Assembly: GCA_021414235.1 (NCBI GenBank)
Contig: JAIOOV010000004.1
Coordinates: forward strand, 121,091-185,090
DNA length: 64,000 bases
Direction of reading: 5' to 3'
DNA from: Candidatus Parcubacteria bacterium
GTDB lineage: Bacteria; Patescibacteriota; Minisyncoccia; Phycocordibacterales; JAKFXT01
Shown here: positions 38,144 through 50,275 of the stretch, in pieces
Layout of the letters: every line of letters starts with the position of its first letter
Position numbering within the stretch: position 1 is the first letter of the stretch
Position numbers and translations under genes: made by a program
Notes under the pieces: model-generated
What the model was told of the DNA's origin: nothing
The model's database searches: none
Seen by the model: only the letters and a program-made list of their open reading frames with translations

Positions 38144-38806
38144 TTGTATACTTACTACCAAATGGATGTAGTTTCTCAGACGTCGTTCATCCCCAAGAAG
38201 CCGATCATGCAAGCGCCGCAGGCGCAGGCTTCTCGCGGGACGAGTCTATTCCTTCTTGTTTCCGTATTCCTCTTTGTGGGTTCTTTGCTTTTGGCCGCCG
38301 GCGTCTATGTATGGAAAGGAACGCTTCAGCGCGGGATCGAGAGCCAGAAGGAGAGCCTCGCACGCAACCGCGACGCTTTCGAACCGGCTTCCATCATCAA
38401 GCTCCAGCGCCTCTCCCGCCGCTTGGAGATCTCTAAGACTATCCTCGCTAACCACCTGGCGCCCTCCCAGCTTTTTGCGGTACTAGAAGAGTCTACTCTC
38501 CAGAACGTGCGCTTCTCCTCTATGGATTTCGCGCTTGATCAGACCAAGGGAACCGCGGCCCTTACCATGAAGGGTCAGGCTCGGAGCTATGGAGCGGTCG
38601 CGCGGCAATCTGACGTCTTCGCCAAGGCGTCTGGTATAAAGAATCCGGTCTTCTCGGAGCTGAATCTGGATCAGAGAGGGAACGTGGTCTTCTCTTTCAC
38701 CGCCGCGGTGGACCCTTCTTCTCTCCGCTACTCTTCGCTTCTTAATTCTCGGGTGACGGCGCCCGCGCAAACCGAAGTCTCCCCGACTTCTGAGAATAAT
38801 TTATGA
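38144..38806 (+). CDS. pilN: type IV pilus assembly protein PilN-like
   Basis: Single N-terminal TM helix plus a periplasmic coiled-coil/ferredoxin-like region; sits after pilM. Confidence 0.6.
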   Translation: MYTYYQMDVVSQTSFIPKKPIMQAPQAQASRGTSLFLLVSVFLFVGSLLLAAGVYVWKGTLQRGIESQKESLARNRDAFEPASIIKLQRLSRRLEISKTILANHLAPSQLFAVLEESTLQNVRFSSMDFALDQTKGTAALTMKGQARSYGAVARQSDVFAKASGIKNPVFSELNLDQRGNVVFSFTAAVDPSSLRYSSLLNSRVTAPAQTEVSPTSENNL

Positions 38807-39339
38807 CCCGCTTCTTATTCCCCAGCATCTTGCTCGCCATCACCGCCCTTCTCTTCTGGGCGTATATCGATCCACAGTACCAGATCGTGAAGGGGCTTCG
38901 TGCGGAATCCCAGAGCTATGAAGAGGCGCTCGCGAGCTTCCGGGAAATACAGAGCGTGCGCGATGAGCTCACCAGCCGCTACAACACCTTTAGTACCGAT
39001 GACGTGACGCGTCTCGAGCGCCTCCTCCCGGATACGGTGGATAACGTACGCCTGGTGCTCGATATCAATAACATCGCCGGTCGTTACGGCTTGGTCATCA
39101 AGGACGTGCGTCTCTCAAGTCTCGCTAAGGATCCCAACAAGCTTGGTCCCGAGAATCAGGAATACGGCACGCTGGTGCTGCAGTTCTCGGTGACTGCGGG
39201 CTACTCCAATTTTGTCGCCTTCATGAAGGACCTGGAGGATAGTCTGCGGGTGGTGGATGTCTCAGGTATCTCCTTTAAGACTGCGGAGAGCCAGCTTGCG
39301 GACTATGACGTAGCTGTCCAGACCTATTGGCTCAAATAA
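38803..39339 (+). CDS. pilO: type IV pilus assembly protein PilO-like
   Basis: Overlaps the pilN stop by 4 nt; N-terminal TM helix and coiled coil. Confidence 0.6.
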   Translation: MTRFLFPSILLAITALLFWAYIDPQYQIVKGLRAESQSYEEALASFREIQSVRDELTSRYNTFSTDDVTRLERLLPDTVDNVRLVLDINNIAGRYGLVIKDVRLSSLAKDPNKLGPENQEYGTLVLQFSVTAGYSNFVAFMKDLEDSLRVVDVSGISFKTAESQLADYDVAVQTYWLK

Positions 39340-39340
39340 T

Positions 39341-39682
39341 ATGGATTTTCTTAAACAATACGGCGGGTACATGGCGATAGGGCTCCTGGTAGCGTCCATA
39401 GTTTATGGCGGCTACTCCTATCTCGGGGGAGGATCCGAGCCTGCTGCGCCGCTTGTCTCGCGTACGGGAGGTACGGTAGCGCCGGCGGTGGGTGGTGACC
39501 TCCTCACTACGCTTCTTAGTCTGCACTCGCTCTCGCTTGATCCGACGGTCTTCGGTGATCCAGTGTTCCGCAATCTCAAGGACTTCGGCATCCCCATACC
39601 GGCAGAGGCCGTAGGCCGCAGTAATCCGTTCGCACCGCTCGGCGAGAACGCCCGCGCCGCCTCTACTCCCTCCACTCCGTAA
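39341..39682 (+). CDS. small membrane-anchored protein (PilP-like position)
   Basis: Single TM helix (YMAIGLLVASIVYGGY) plus a Gly/Pro-rich tail; sits between pilO and pilB. Confidence 0.35.
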   Translation: MDFLKQYGGYMAIGLLVASIVYGGYSYLGGGSEPAAPLVSRTGGTVAPAVGGDLLTTLLSLHSLSLDPTVFGDPVFRNLKDFGIPIPAEAVGRSNPFAPLGENARAASTPSTP

Positions 39683-39700
39683 TTTCGGATAGTTCAAAAA

Positions 39701-41443
39701 ATGAATCCCCTCAACTTTCTCGTAGAAAAAAAACTGGTGAGAGAGGAAGACCTCCCGTCCATCGAAGCCGAGATCAAGGCCTCCGGTGGTAATGTAGAGA
39801 AGGTTCTCCTTGCTCGCGGTGTCGATCGTGCGGATATCCTCGCGGCGCGCGGTGCCTACCTGAACATCCCTTCTCGAACAGTGGATGTGAACGCGGTGCC
39901 CTACGAGATACTCAAGTACATCCCGGAGGAATCCGCGGCTCACTACCGCTTCGTGCCTATCGGGCTTGAGGAGGGCGTACTTGAGGTGGGTATCGTGGAC
40001 CCGGATAACATAGAAGCTCGTGATGCGCTCAATTTCATATCTTCCAAGATAAACCTGCCATTCAAGCTCTTCCTCATCTCGGAAGAGGATTACGACAAGG
40101 TCATCGGCTCTTATAAGGGACTCTCCGGTGAGGTGGGGCAGGCGCTCTCCGAGCTCGATACGGAGCTTGCCAAGAAGAAGGGAGACGACGACAGCGACAG
40201 CGACTTCGGCAAAGCCGAAGAACTCACTCCTACCAAGAAGGACGCGACAGGAGCCAAGATTATCGAAGATGCCCCGGTCACCAAGATCGTGGCGACCACG
40301 CTCCGCTATGCCATCGAGGGCAATGCCTCCGATATCCACATCGAGCCGACCGCTGACAAGCTGCGGGTGCGCTTCCGCGTGGATGGCGACCTTAATACCA
40401 GCCTGGTACTGCCGATCTCCGTGCATCGCTCGGTGATCGCGCGTATCAAGATTCTCTCCAACATGAAGCTCGACGAGAAGCGTAAGCCCCAGGATGGCCG
40501 CTTCTCCGCGCGTATCGAGGGCCGTGAAGTGGACTTCCGTGTCTCCACCTTCCCGACCTATTACGGAGAGAAGCTGGTGATGCGTATCTTGGACAAGGAC
40601 AAGGGTATCCATGCGCTCGACCAGCTCGGCTTGCGTGAGCCTGATCTCGCCATGATCCGCAAGGCCATCAAGAAGCCTTACGGCATGATCCTCATCTCTG
40701 GTCCCACCGGCAGCGGCAAATCCACCACTCTCTACTCCATGCTCTCGGAGGTGGATCGCGCGCAGAAGAACGTGCTCTCGCTCGAGGACCCGGTGGAGTT
40801 CAACATCGAGGGTGTGAGCCAGTCGCAGATACGCCCGGAGATCGATTACACCTTTGCCACCGGATTGCGCACTACGCTCCGCCAGGACCCGGACATCATC
40901 ATGGTAGGTGAGATCCGCGACAAGGAGACCGCGCAGCTCGCGGTGCAGGCGGCGCTCACCGGTCACTTGGTGCTCTCTACCATACATACCAACAACGCCA
41001 TTGGCGTCATCCCGCGCCTCATCGACATGGGCGTCGATCCTTTCCTTATCGCGCCGACCCTCGTGCTCACCATCGCACAGCGCCTGGTCCGTACGCTCTG
41101 TCCTAATGGCGGCAAGGAGATGCCCATTGAGGGTTCCATCAAGGCGTTTATCGACGAGACGTTCGATGACCTCCCGGCAGAGGCTAAGAAACTGAAGCCT
41201 ACGGGTAATCTCTATGGGGCAGCGCAGACGCCGGACTGTCCCAATGGTACCCGCGGGCGCATGGCGGTGTTCGAGATGTTCGAGATGGACAAGGAGCTCG
41301 AGGGGGTGATCCTCAAGGATCCGACAGATGTCTCCGTAGAGAAGGCAGTGCGCTCCAAAGGCATGCTCACTCTTCAGGAGGACGCCCTCATCAAGTGTGC
41401 GCAGCGCCTAGTACCTTTCGAAGAAGTGAACACCCTGGTCTGA
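39701..41443 (+). CDS. pilB: type IV pilus assembly ATPase PilB (GspE family)
   Basis: GSPII_E N-terminal domain, Walker A ISGPTGSGKSTTL, Asp box, His box, tetracysteine-like CxxC...CPNG. Confidence 0.9.
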   Translation: MNPLNFLVEKKLVREEDLPSIEAEIKASGGNVEKVLLARGVDRADILAARGAYLNIPSRTVDVNAVPYEILKYIPEESAAHYRFVPIGLEEGVLEVGIVDPDNIEARDALNFISSKINLPFKLFLISEEDYDKVIGSYKGLSGEVGQALSELDTELAKKKGDDDSDSDFGKAEELTPTKKDATGAKIIEDAPVTKIVATTLRYAIEGNASDIHIEPTADKLRVRFRVDGDLNTSLVLPISVHRSVIARIKILSNMKLDEKRKPQDGRFSARIEGREVDFRVSTFPTYYGEKLVMRILDKDKGIHALDQLGLREPDLAMIRKAIKKPYGMILISGPTGSGKSTTLYSMLSEVDRAQKNVLSLEDPVEFNIEGVSQSQIRPEIDYTFATGLRTTLRQDPDIIMVGEIRDKETAQLAVQAALTGHLVLSTIHTNNAIGVIPRLIDMGVDPFLIAPTLVLTIAQRLVRTLCPNGGKEMPIEGSIKAFIDETFDDLPAEAKKLKPTGNLYGAAQTPDCPNGTRGRMAVFEMFEMDKELEGVILKDPTDVSVEKAVRSKGMLTLQEDALIKCAQRLVPFEEVNTLV

Positions 41444-41511
41444 CGTACGCACCCGCCTTTGCTATACTTAGATATATATCGCGTTCTCGCTAATCTTTTT
41501 AAAATAAATTT

Positions 41512-41898
41512 ATGAGCAAGAAAAAAATCCTCCTCATCGACGACGATAAGTTCCTCATCGACATGTATTCGCTGAAGTTCTCCCAGGCAGACTTCGAGGT
41601 GAGTGCCGCGCTCGGCGCGGAAGATGCGTTAAAGAAGCTCCGCGAAGGTTTTCAGCCTGATGCCATCCTCCTCGACGTGGTCATGCCGGGCATGAGTGGA
41701 ATCGAGCTGCTGCGTACGATCCGCGAAGAGAAGCTCGATCGTGGAGCTACCGTGGTGGTCCTTTCGAATCAGGGCCAGCAGAATGATATAGACGAGGCTA
41801 AGGCGGTGGGTATCGACGGCTACATCGTGAAGGCGAGCACTATTCCCTCGGAAGTGCTCGAGCAGGTGCGGGAGATCATGGAGCATAAGAACCGATGA
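41512..41898 (+). CDS. single-domain response regulator (CheY-like receiver)
   Basis: LLIDDD...DAILLDVVMPGMSGIELL...K; phospho-acceptor Asp context, 128 aa. Its stop overlaps the pilT start. Confidence 0.8.
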   Translation: MSKKKILLIDDDKFLIDMYSLKFSQADFEVSAALGAEDALKKLREGFQPDAILLDVVMPGMSGIELLRTIREEKLDRGATVVVLSNQGQQNDIDEAKAVGIDGYIVKASTIPSEVLEQVREIMEHKNR

Positions 41899-42956
41899 AT
41901 TACGAACAGTCCCTCTTTGCGCTCATAGATACGGTCATCGGAGAAGGAGGTTCCGACCTCCATCTCTCTGAGGGCAGGCGTCCTACTATCCGTGTCGCGG
42001 GGGCGCTCACGCCGCTTCTTACCAAAGAGCCGCTTACCAAGGAGGATACTAGGGGATTTGTAGAAGTGCTGCTTGGCGCGGAAGCTGCCAAACGCTTCTT
42101 CGAGACCAAAGAGGTGGATTTCTCTTATTCATACAAGGACAAGGCGCGTTTCCGCGGCAACGCCTATTTCCAGCAGGGGGCAGTCGGCATCGCTCTCCGT
42201 CTCATCCCTCGTTCTGTCCGCACGCTCGCAGAACTCTCGCTTCCGCCCATCCTCGAGACCTTCGCCCGTCGTCCCCAAGGCTTCTTCCTGGTGGTGGGCC
42301 CGGTAGGGCAGGGCAAGACCACTACGCTCGCCGCACTCATCGACCTCATCAACACGGAGCGTGCGGAACACATCATCACCATCGAGGATCCGATCGAATA
42401 CCTCTTCGAGCAGAAGAAATCCATCATTGATCAGCGAGAGGTGCGCATCGATACTGCAGATTTCCCCACGGCGCTCCGAGCAATGTTTCGCGAGGATGTG
42501 AATGTGGCCATGATCGGAGAGATGCGCGGGCAGGATACTATCGCTACGGCGGTCACTGCTGCGGAGACCGGCCACCTCATCTTCTCTACTCTTCATACCA
42601 ACAATGCGGCACAGACCATCGACCGCATCATTGATACCTTCCCCGGGAATCAGCAGGATCAGATCCGGGTGCAGCTTGCGGCATCCCTCTCCGGCATCTT
42701 CTCCCAGCGTCTCATCCCGAGGGTCTCTGGAGGCCTCATCCCGGCTTACGAGCTTTTGGTGAATAATGCGGCGGTCGGGAACCTTATCCGCGAGCGCCGC
42801 ACACATGAGATCAACACCGTCATCGAGACAGGGAGCGACCAGGGGATGATCGATCTCAATCGCTCCTTGGCCGACTTGGTGCGTCGGGGCGAGATCACTC
42901 AGGAGAGCGCCTACCGCTACTCGCTCAATCCTAAGAGCTTGGAGCGTCTCATTTAA
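41895..42956 (+). CDS. pilT: twitching-motility retraction ATPase PilT
   Basis: 353 aa; Walker A VVGPVGQGKTTTLAAL and the PilT-type AIRNLIRE motif (AVGNLIRERR). Confidence 0.9.
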   Translation: MNYEQSLFALIDTVIGEGGSDLHLSEGRRPTIRVAGALTPLLTKEPLTKEDTRGFVEVLLGAEAAKRFFETKEVDFSYSYKDKARFRGNAYFQQGAVGIALRLIPRSVRTLAELSLPPILETFARRPQGFFLVVGPVGQGKTTTLAALIDLINTERAEHIITIEDPIEYLFEQKKSIIDQREVRIDTADFPTALRAMFREDVNVAMIGEMRGQDTIATAVTAAETGHLIFSTLHTNNAAQTIDRIIDTFPGNQQDQIRVQLAASLSGIFSQRLIPRVSGGLIPAYELLVNNAAVGNLIRERRTHEINTVIETGSDQGMIDLNRSLADLVRRGEITQESAYRYSLNPKSLERLI

Positions 42957-42965
42957 TTTCTTACT

Positions 42966-44171
42966 ATGCTGTTTCTCTACAAAGCCATCGAGCAGAGCGG
43001 AGCCGCGACCGAGGGTTCCATCGACGCCCTCAATCAGGAGGTGGCGGTGGCTTCGCTCCAACGTCGCGGACTCGTGGTGACCTCGGTGGAGCCTGCGGAC
43101 AAGCCTTCTTTCTTCGGGAAGGATATCTTCCTGTTCAATCCGATTTCGAATAAAGACATCGTGGTGCTCTCCCGTCAGGTGGCCACGCTCTTTACGGCGC
43201 AGGTTTCCGCGCTCCGCATCTTCCAGCTCCTCTCCGCAGAGACCCCCAACAAGGTCCTCGGTACGCACCTCATCGAAGTAGCCAACGACATCCAGGGAGG
43301 AAGTTCCATCTCCAAGGCGATGGACAAGCACCCAGGAGTCTTCTCCTCCTTCTATGTGAACATGGTGCGCGCGGGAGAGGAGAGCGGTAAGCTGGACGAG
43401 ACTTTCCTCTATCTCGCCGATTATCTCGATCGCAACTACGAGATCACCGCCAAGGCTAAGAACGCGCTCATCTACCCGGCGTTCGTCATCTTCACGTTCG
43501 TGGTGGTGATGGCGCTCATGCTGACCTTCGTCATCCCGAAGATTAGCTCCATCCTCACCGATTCCGGACAGGACATCCCGCTCTATACAAGGCTCGTTAT
43601 CGGTATGAGTAATGCGCTCACCGACTATGGCGTGTTCTTCCTGATCGCGCTCGTGGTCGCAGGGTTCTTCGCCTTTCGCTTCGGCAAGACCGAGAAGGGG
43701 ATGCTCTCGATCGCGCGCATCAAGATATCTACGCCCTATGTCGGCGAGCTTTATCGCAAGCTCTACCTCTCGCGCATCTCGGACAACCTCTCGACTATGA
43801 TCCAGAGCGGCATCCCTATCGTGCGCGCCATGGAGATCACTGCTTCCGTGGTGGACAATGCGGTTTATGAGAATATTTTGCTCTCGGCCGCAGAGAAGGT
43901 TCGCGGCGGCGCTCCTCTGTCTGAAGCCATCAACGGGAACCCGGAGATGCCGAACATCCTCATTCAGATGGTGCGGGTGGGAGAGGAGAGCGGCGAGATG
44001 TCGGAGATATTGAAGACGCTCGCCAAGTTCTACAATCGCGAGGTATCTACGGCGGTGGATACGCTCGTCGATCTCATCGAGCCGGCCATGATCGTACTTC
44101 TTGCTACCGGCGTCGGCTTTCTCTTGGCCTCCGTTCTCGTGCCAATCTACAATCTTACTCAGGCGTTTTAG
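42966..44171 (+). CDS. pilC: type IV pilus inner-membrane platform protein PilC (GspF family)
   Basis: Two T2SSF repeats, 3 TM helices; 401 aa. Confidence 0.9.
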   Translation: MLFLYKAIEQSGAATEGSIDALNQEVAVASLQRRGLVVTSVEPADKPSFFGKDIFLFNPISNKDIVVLSRQVATLFTAQVSALRIFQLLSAETPNKVLGTHLIEVANDIQGGSSISKAMDKHPGVFSSFYVNMVRAGEESGKLDETFLYLADYLDRNYEITAKAKNALIYPAFVIFTFVVVMALMLTFVIPKISSILTDSGQDIPLYTRLVIGMSNALTDYGVFFLIALVVAGFFAFRFGKTEKGMLSIARIKISTPYVGELYRKLYLSRISDNLSTMIQSGIPIVRAMEITASVVDNAVYENILLSAAEKVRGGAPLSEAINGNPEMPNILIQMVRVGEESGEMSEILKTLAKFYNREVSTAVDTLVDLIEPAMIVLLATGVGFLLASVLVPIYNLTQAF

Positions 44172-44249
44172 CCTCGGCACTATCCACAGAGGAGCTTCCA
44201 AAGGGGAGGGGAGAGTATATAATTACCATCACGGCAGTTAATCAATCAT

Positions 44250-44669
44250 ATGTTCAAAACGAATAAAGGTTTTACGCTCATCGAATTACTGGTGGTCATT
44301 GCCATCATCGGCCTCCTCTCGTCGGTGGTCCTGGCGTCTCTTAATAGCGCGCGAAGCAAGGCGCGCGATGCTCGCCGCGTCGCTGATATTCAGCAGCTCC
44401 GGACCGCCTTGGAGTTGTACTATGACTCCAATCGAACCTATCCGGTCGTCTCTGCGGCAGCTGTAGGCAGCAACCTGGATGCGCTTAAGACGGGCGCCTT
44501 TATCCCTGCAATCCCCACTGATCCTACCGGTACCGTTTCTTATTGGTATGCAGGCAGCGCTACCACCTACTGTCTAGGAGTGACCCTTGAAAATACCGGT
44601 AATCTTCCGGCTTCCGGCAACGGCTCGCTTTGTACCGGCGTGACGGGTAATTACAAGGTTTCTCCGTAA
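44250..44669 (+). CDS. pilA: type IV pilin (major pilin candidate)
   Basis: Class III signal peptide KGFTLIELLVVIAIIGLL; C-terminal Cys pair; followed by a strong terminator. Confidence 0.8.
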   Translation: MFKTNKGFTLIELLVVIAIIGLLSSVVLASLNSARSKARDARRVADIQQLRTALELYYDSNRTYPVVSAAAVGSNLDALKTGAFIPAIPTDPTGTVSYWYAGSATTYCLGVTLENTGNLPASGNGSLCTGVTGNYKVSP

Positions 44670-44680
44670 TCTGGTTTCTC

Positions 44681-44721
44681 AAGACAAAACCCCGGACTTT
44701 GCGTCCGGGGTTTTGTCTTTT
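44681..44721 (+). terminator. rho-independent terminator after pilin gene
   Basis: aaaaccccggac-tttgc-gtccggggtttt in T-rich context. Confidence 0.8.
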
Positions 44722-44740
44722 CGCGGTATAATCATCGTTA

Positions 44741-45562
44741 ATGGATCAGAGCTTCCTTGTCCTTCTTTCCGTCGGTCTCTTCTCCTTCGGCCTGATCATC
44801 GGGAGCTTTCTTAATGTACTCGTTCTCCGTTACCGTACGGGGCGAACGCTCGGAGGCCGCTCTGGCTGCTTCTCCTGTAATGCCTCTCTCTCTGCTCTAG
44901 AGCTCGTGCCGGTATTGAGCTGGCTCTTTCTCCGTGGTCGCTGCCGCAGCTGCCGCAGCGCTATCTCCGTGCAGTATCCGCTAGTAGAGTTCGCTACCGG
45001 ACTTCTCTTCCTCGCAAGCCTGCTCATCTTTGATTTCTCCTCCCTGTCCTGGTTTCTCCTTGGCGGGCTATTTTCATACTTCGTCGCGGTCTCCTCCCTT
45101 GTCACACTTGTCACTTACGATGTCCGTCATCAGATCATCCCGGACTCGTTCGTGCTGACCTTTGTCCTTGCCGCGCTCTTCTTCAATCTCTTCCGTGGAG
45201 AGGCGGCGACTCCGCATCTTCTCGCGGGCGTACTACTCAGTGTCCCGTTCGCAGCTATCTGGTATTTCTCCGAAGGGAGATATATGGGGCTAGGGGACGG
45301 GAAGCTCGCCTTCGGCATCGGAGTGCTCCTCGGCTCCTTGGGAGGCCTTACTGCAATTATCTTAGGATTCTGGTCGGGTGCGCTCTTCGGGCTCCTGCTC
45401 CTTTTCCTGCAGAGAGTCGGAATGCGTTTGAGTTTGGGTCGGGTTCCTCTTACAATGAAGAGCGAAGTTCCGTTCGCGCCCTTCCTTGTCGCGGGGACCC
45501 TCTATGTTCTCTTCACTCACTTCTCGCTTTTCGACCAGAACCTCGTCGCTTCGCTTTTCTAA
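44741..45562 (+). CDS. pilD: prepilin peptidase (A24 family)
   Basis: N-terminal CxxC...CxxC zinc motif; 8 TM helices; catalytic Asp contexts. Confidence 0.85.
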   Translation: MDQSFLVLLSVGLFSFGLIIGSFLNVLVLRYRTGRTLGGRSGCFSCNASLSALELVPVLSWLFLRGRCRSCRSAISVQYPLVEFATGLLFLASLLIFDFSSLSWFLLGGLFSYFVAVSSLVTLVTYDVRHQIIPDSFVLTFVLAALFFNLFRGEAATPHLLAGVLLSVPFAAIWYFSEGRYMGLGDGKLAFGIGVLLGSLGGLTAIILGFWSGALFGLLLLFLQRVGMRLSLGRVPLTMKSEVPFAPFLVAGTLYVLFTHFSLFDQNLVASLF

Positions 45563-45564
45563 AC

Positions 45565-46233
45565 ATGCGTTCCTTTTTTAAACACAGCGAGAAGAACCTG
45601 TCTGCGCAAGCAGGGTTCACTCTCATTGAACTCCTGGTGGTCATTGCTATCTTCGGCTTGCTCACCACGGTAATCTTCGCTCGTCAGAGCCAGTTTAGTG
45701 GCTCCACTCTCCTCACTAATGTGGCATATCAGATTGCGCTCACGCTCCGCCAAGCCCAGGTATACGGGCTTTCCGTCCGTGAGTTCTCTTCTGATAAGTT
45801 TAACTACCCGTACGGGGTACATTTTGACAAGGCTTCTGGCTCGAATACTTCCATAGTGTTCTTCGTGGATTCCGAGGCGGAGTTCCCCGTCTCTTCTGAC
45901 TATGATCCTCAGATGCCTGATGCGGCTATCTCGGGGACGTGCGGAGCGAGCGGAAATCCTTGTCTCGACTTGCTCACCATCACTCGGGGGAACTACGTGT
46001 ATGACGTCTGTGCGGTATCCACAGGCGGTTCCACCTGCGAGTCTGCGGACAAGCTCGATATCTCTTTCGTGCGCCCGGATCCTGAAGCGCGCATCGTGAG
46101 TGTCCGTGGCGGTGCTCCGACAGGGGACAACATCCGCGGGTGCGTGACACTCGGTTCCATCCAGGGCGCCTTCCGCTACGTCATTGTGACTAATACGGGA
46201 CAGATATCCGTCTCCGCTTCTTCTTGCATATGA
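45565..46233 (+). CDS. minor pilin / pseudopilin
   Basis: Prepilin leader AGFTLIELLVVIAIFGLL. Confidence 0.7.
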   Translation: MRSFFKHSEKNLSAQAGFTLIELLVVIAIFGLLTTVIFARQSQFSGSTLLTNVAYQIALTLRQAQVYGLSVREFSSDKFNYPYGVHFDKASGSNTSIVFFVDSEAEFPVSSDYDPQMPDAAISGTCGASGNPCLDLLTITRGNYVYDVCAVSTGGSTCESADKLDISFVRPDPEARIVSVRGGAPTGDNIRGCVTLGSIQGAFRYVIVTNTGQISVSASSCI

Positions 46234-46838
46234 ACCCTCGCTTTAAAAAGGAAGCTGGCTTCACGCTCATCGAGATTATTGTAGCGACGGGCCTCTTTGC
46301 AGCGGTGATGCTCATTGCCGTGGGTTCGCTGATGTCCATTATCGATGCCAACCGCAAAGCGCAGTCGCAGCAGATAGTGATGAATAACCTGAGCGCTGCC
46401 GTGGAGAGTATTTCGCGCACCATCCGTGTCGGCGCGCTCTACCATTGCGGCTCGAGCGGCTCTCTCACTAATCCCCAGGATTGCACATCTGGCGGGAGCT
46501 ATCTTGCCTTTAAGCCGCGGGAAGCCATCGCTGACACCGGTCAATCTACGCTTCGGTATGTCTACAGACGCAACAGCGATAGCTCTGGAGGATTCATCGA
46601 GATGTCGCGTGACGGTGGCAGCACGTTCTCTCGGCTCACTGCGCCGGAGATCAACGTGGAAGGGTTCACCTTCTACGTGACTGGTTCGTGTCCTAAGAAC
46701 GGGAGCTTCGGGTGCACGGCGGACAATCTCCAGCCTCGTGCTCTCATCACTGTGTACGGCTCCGCGCAGATCTCCGAGAAGACGCGTACGACCTTCAATG
46801 TGCAGACGTCCGTGACTCAGCGTCTCTTCGATATCTAA
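46224..46838 (+). CDS. minor pilin / pseudopilin
   Basis: Prepilin leader AGFTLIEIIVATGLF. Confidence 0.7.
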   Translation: MHMNPRFKKEAGFTLIEIIVATGLFAAVMLIAVGSLMSIIDANRKAQSQQIVMNNLSAAVESISRTIRVGALYHCGSSGSLTNPQDCTSGGSYLAFKPREAIADTGQSTLRYVYRRNSDSSGGFIEMSRDGGSTFSRLTAPEINVEGFTFYVTGSCPKNGSFGCTADNLQPRALITVYGSAQISEKTRTTFNVQTSVTQRLFDI

Positions 46839-46839
46839 T

Positions 46840-47388
46840 ATGAAAAACATTCCTTCACGGCGCGGCTTCACTCTTGTCGAGACCTTGGTCGCAATCAGCG
46901 TCCTACTCACCGCTCTGGTGGGTCCTATGACCATCGCCGCGCGCGGCGTTTTCACCGCAGGTGTGGCGCGTGACCAGGTTACTGCGTACTTCCTAGCGCA
47001 GGAAGCTATGGAATATGTGCGTGCGGTGCGCGACGGCAACGGCTTGGCGTCTCTCAATACGGACCCGCAGAGCCCGTCTTGGCTCACCGGTCTCGCGACG
47101 TACTGCGAGAGTACCTATTGCTATGTGGATGCCAAGAATAACTCGGTGGCTTCCTGTAGCTCGACTCACGCGAGCTGTCCTGCTCTCAAGCTCGACACCT
47201 CGGTCGCGGCTAATCCTTTCTATGTGCACGGTGGCTCATATTCCGACTCTCCCTTCAAGCGTTCTGTCCGCCTGGAGCAGGTCTCTGCGGACGAAGAGAA
47301 GGTGACGGTCACGGTCACGTGGATGACAGGAGGCCTTTCTAAGACGGTGACCCTGGTCGATCAGCTTAATAACTGGCAGACGTTCTGA
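46840..47388 (+). CDS. minor pilin / pseudopilin
   Basis: Prepilin leader RGFTLVETLVAISVLL. Confidence 0.7.
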   Translation: MKNIPSRRGFTLVETLVAISVLLTALVGPMTIAARGVFTAGVARDQVTAYFLAQEAMEYVRAVRDGNGLASLNTDPQSPSWLTGLATYCESTYCYVDAKNNSVASCSSTHASCPALKLDTSVAANPFYVHGGSYSDSPFKRSVRLEQVSADEEKVTVTVTWMTGGLSKTVTLVDQLNNWQTF

Positions 47389-47390
47389 GT

Positions 47391-47903
47391 ATGAAAACCT
47401 ACTCTCTATCCTTCAAGAAAAGCGCACAGGCAGGCTTCGCCCTGCTCATGGCCTCCCTCGTGGCGAGCGTGGTGCTCGCCATCGGCACGGTGATCGCGGA
47501 TCTCGCCATCAAGCAGATCGTGCTCTCCGGTACGGCGCGAGAATCACTGAACGCGCTCTACGCTGCAGACACCGGCACGGAGTGCGCCCTGTTCCTTGAT
47601 TTTAGGTATAACGATTCTACGGAGCCCTCTTTCAATCCGACTTCGCAGGTTTGCAATGGCCAGACGCTCGTGTTCACTACTCCGGATGAGCCCGGGACGC
47701 TCTCTGGAGAAGTCTGGCAGCAATTCAAGCTCAATCTTGTCACGGGCGATGACACGGGTGCCTGCGCCTACGTGTCGGTAGGGAAGAGCCAGCCGGCAGA
47801 GGGACAGATTAAGACGCGCATCCGCTCCCGCGGGTACAACGTCTGTCCTGAGGGTCCGAGCAGTGCCCGTCGCGTGGAACGCGCGCTCCAGGTGGAATAT
47901 TAA
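47391..47903 (+). CDS. PilX-like minor pilin
   Basis: Leader QAGFALLMASLVASVVLAIG (PilX N-terminal-like). Confidence 0.55.
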   Translation: MKTYSLSFKKSAQAGFALLMASLVASVVLAIGTVIADLAIKQIVLSGTARESLNALYAADTGTECALFLDFRYNDSTEPSFNPTSQVCNGQTLVFTTPDEPGTLSGEVWQQFKLNLVTGDDTGACAYVSVGKSQPAEGQIKTRIRSRGYNVCPEGPSSARRVERALQVEY

Positions 47904-47960
47904 TCTTCGGAAGAACGTAAAAAGCTAGCCTTAAAGCGCTCTTTTTTATAAGATAGCTGA

Positions 47961-49973
<2,013 letters not shown>

Positions 49974-49982
49974 GATAGCCCT

Positions 49983-50270
49983 ATGTCAGCCCTCCAAGAG
50001 TCCGATATTGATAAGCTTGCTGCACTCGCCCGCCTCAGCGTTGCGCCTTCGGAGCGTGCAGGGCTTGCCAAGGATATCGACGCTATCCTCGGCTATGTCT
50101 CTGAGCTCGAGTCCGTAAAGCTCGAGGGAGACGCCCGTGGGAAGGAGGATCTGCGTAATATCACCCGTCCGGATGCGGTTGCCCACGAGAGCGGAGCGCA
50201 TACGGCGGCCCTCTTGGCCTCCGCACCTCGCGCGGAGGGGGAGTATTTCGTAGTAAAGAAGGTTCTCTAA
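49983..50270 (+). CDS. gatC: Asp-tRNA(Asn)/Glu-tRNA(Gln) amidotransferase subunit C
   Basis: 95 aa; LARLSV...ILGYVSEL. Confidence 0.85.
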   Translation: MSALQESDIDKLAALARLSVAPSERAGLAKDIDAILGYVSELESVKLEGDARGKEDLRNITRPDAVAHESGAHTAALLASAPRAEGEYFVVKKVL

Positions 50271-50275
50271 TTTTT

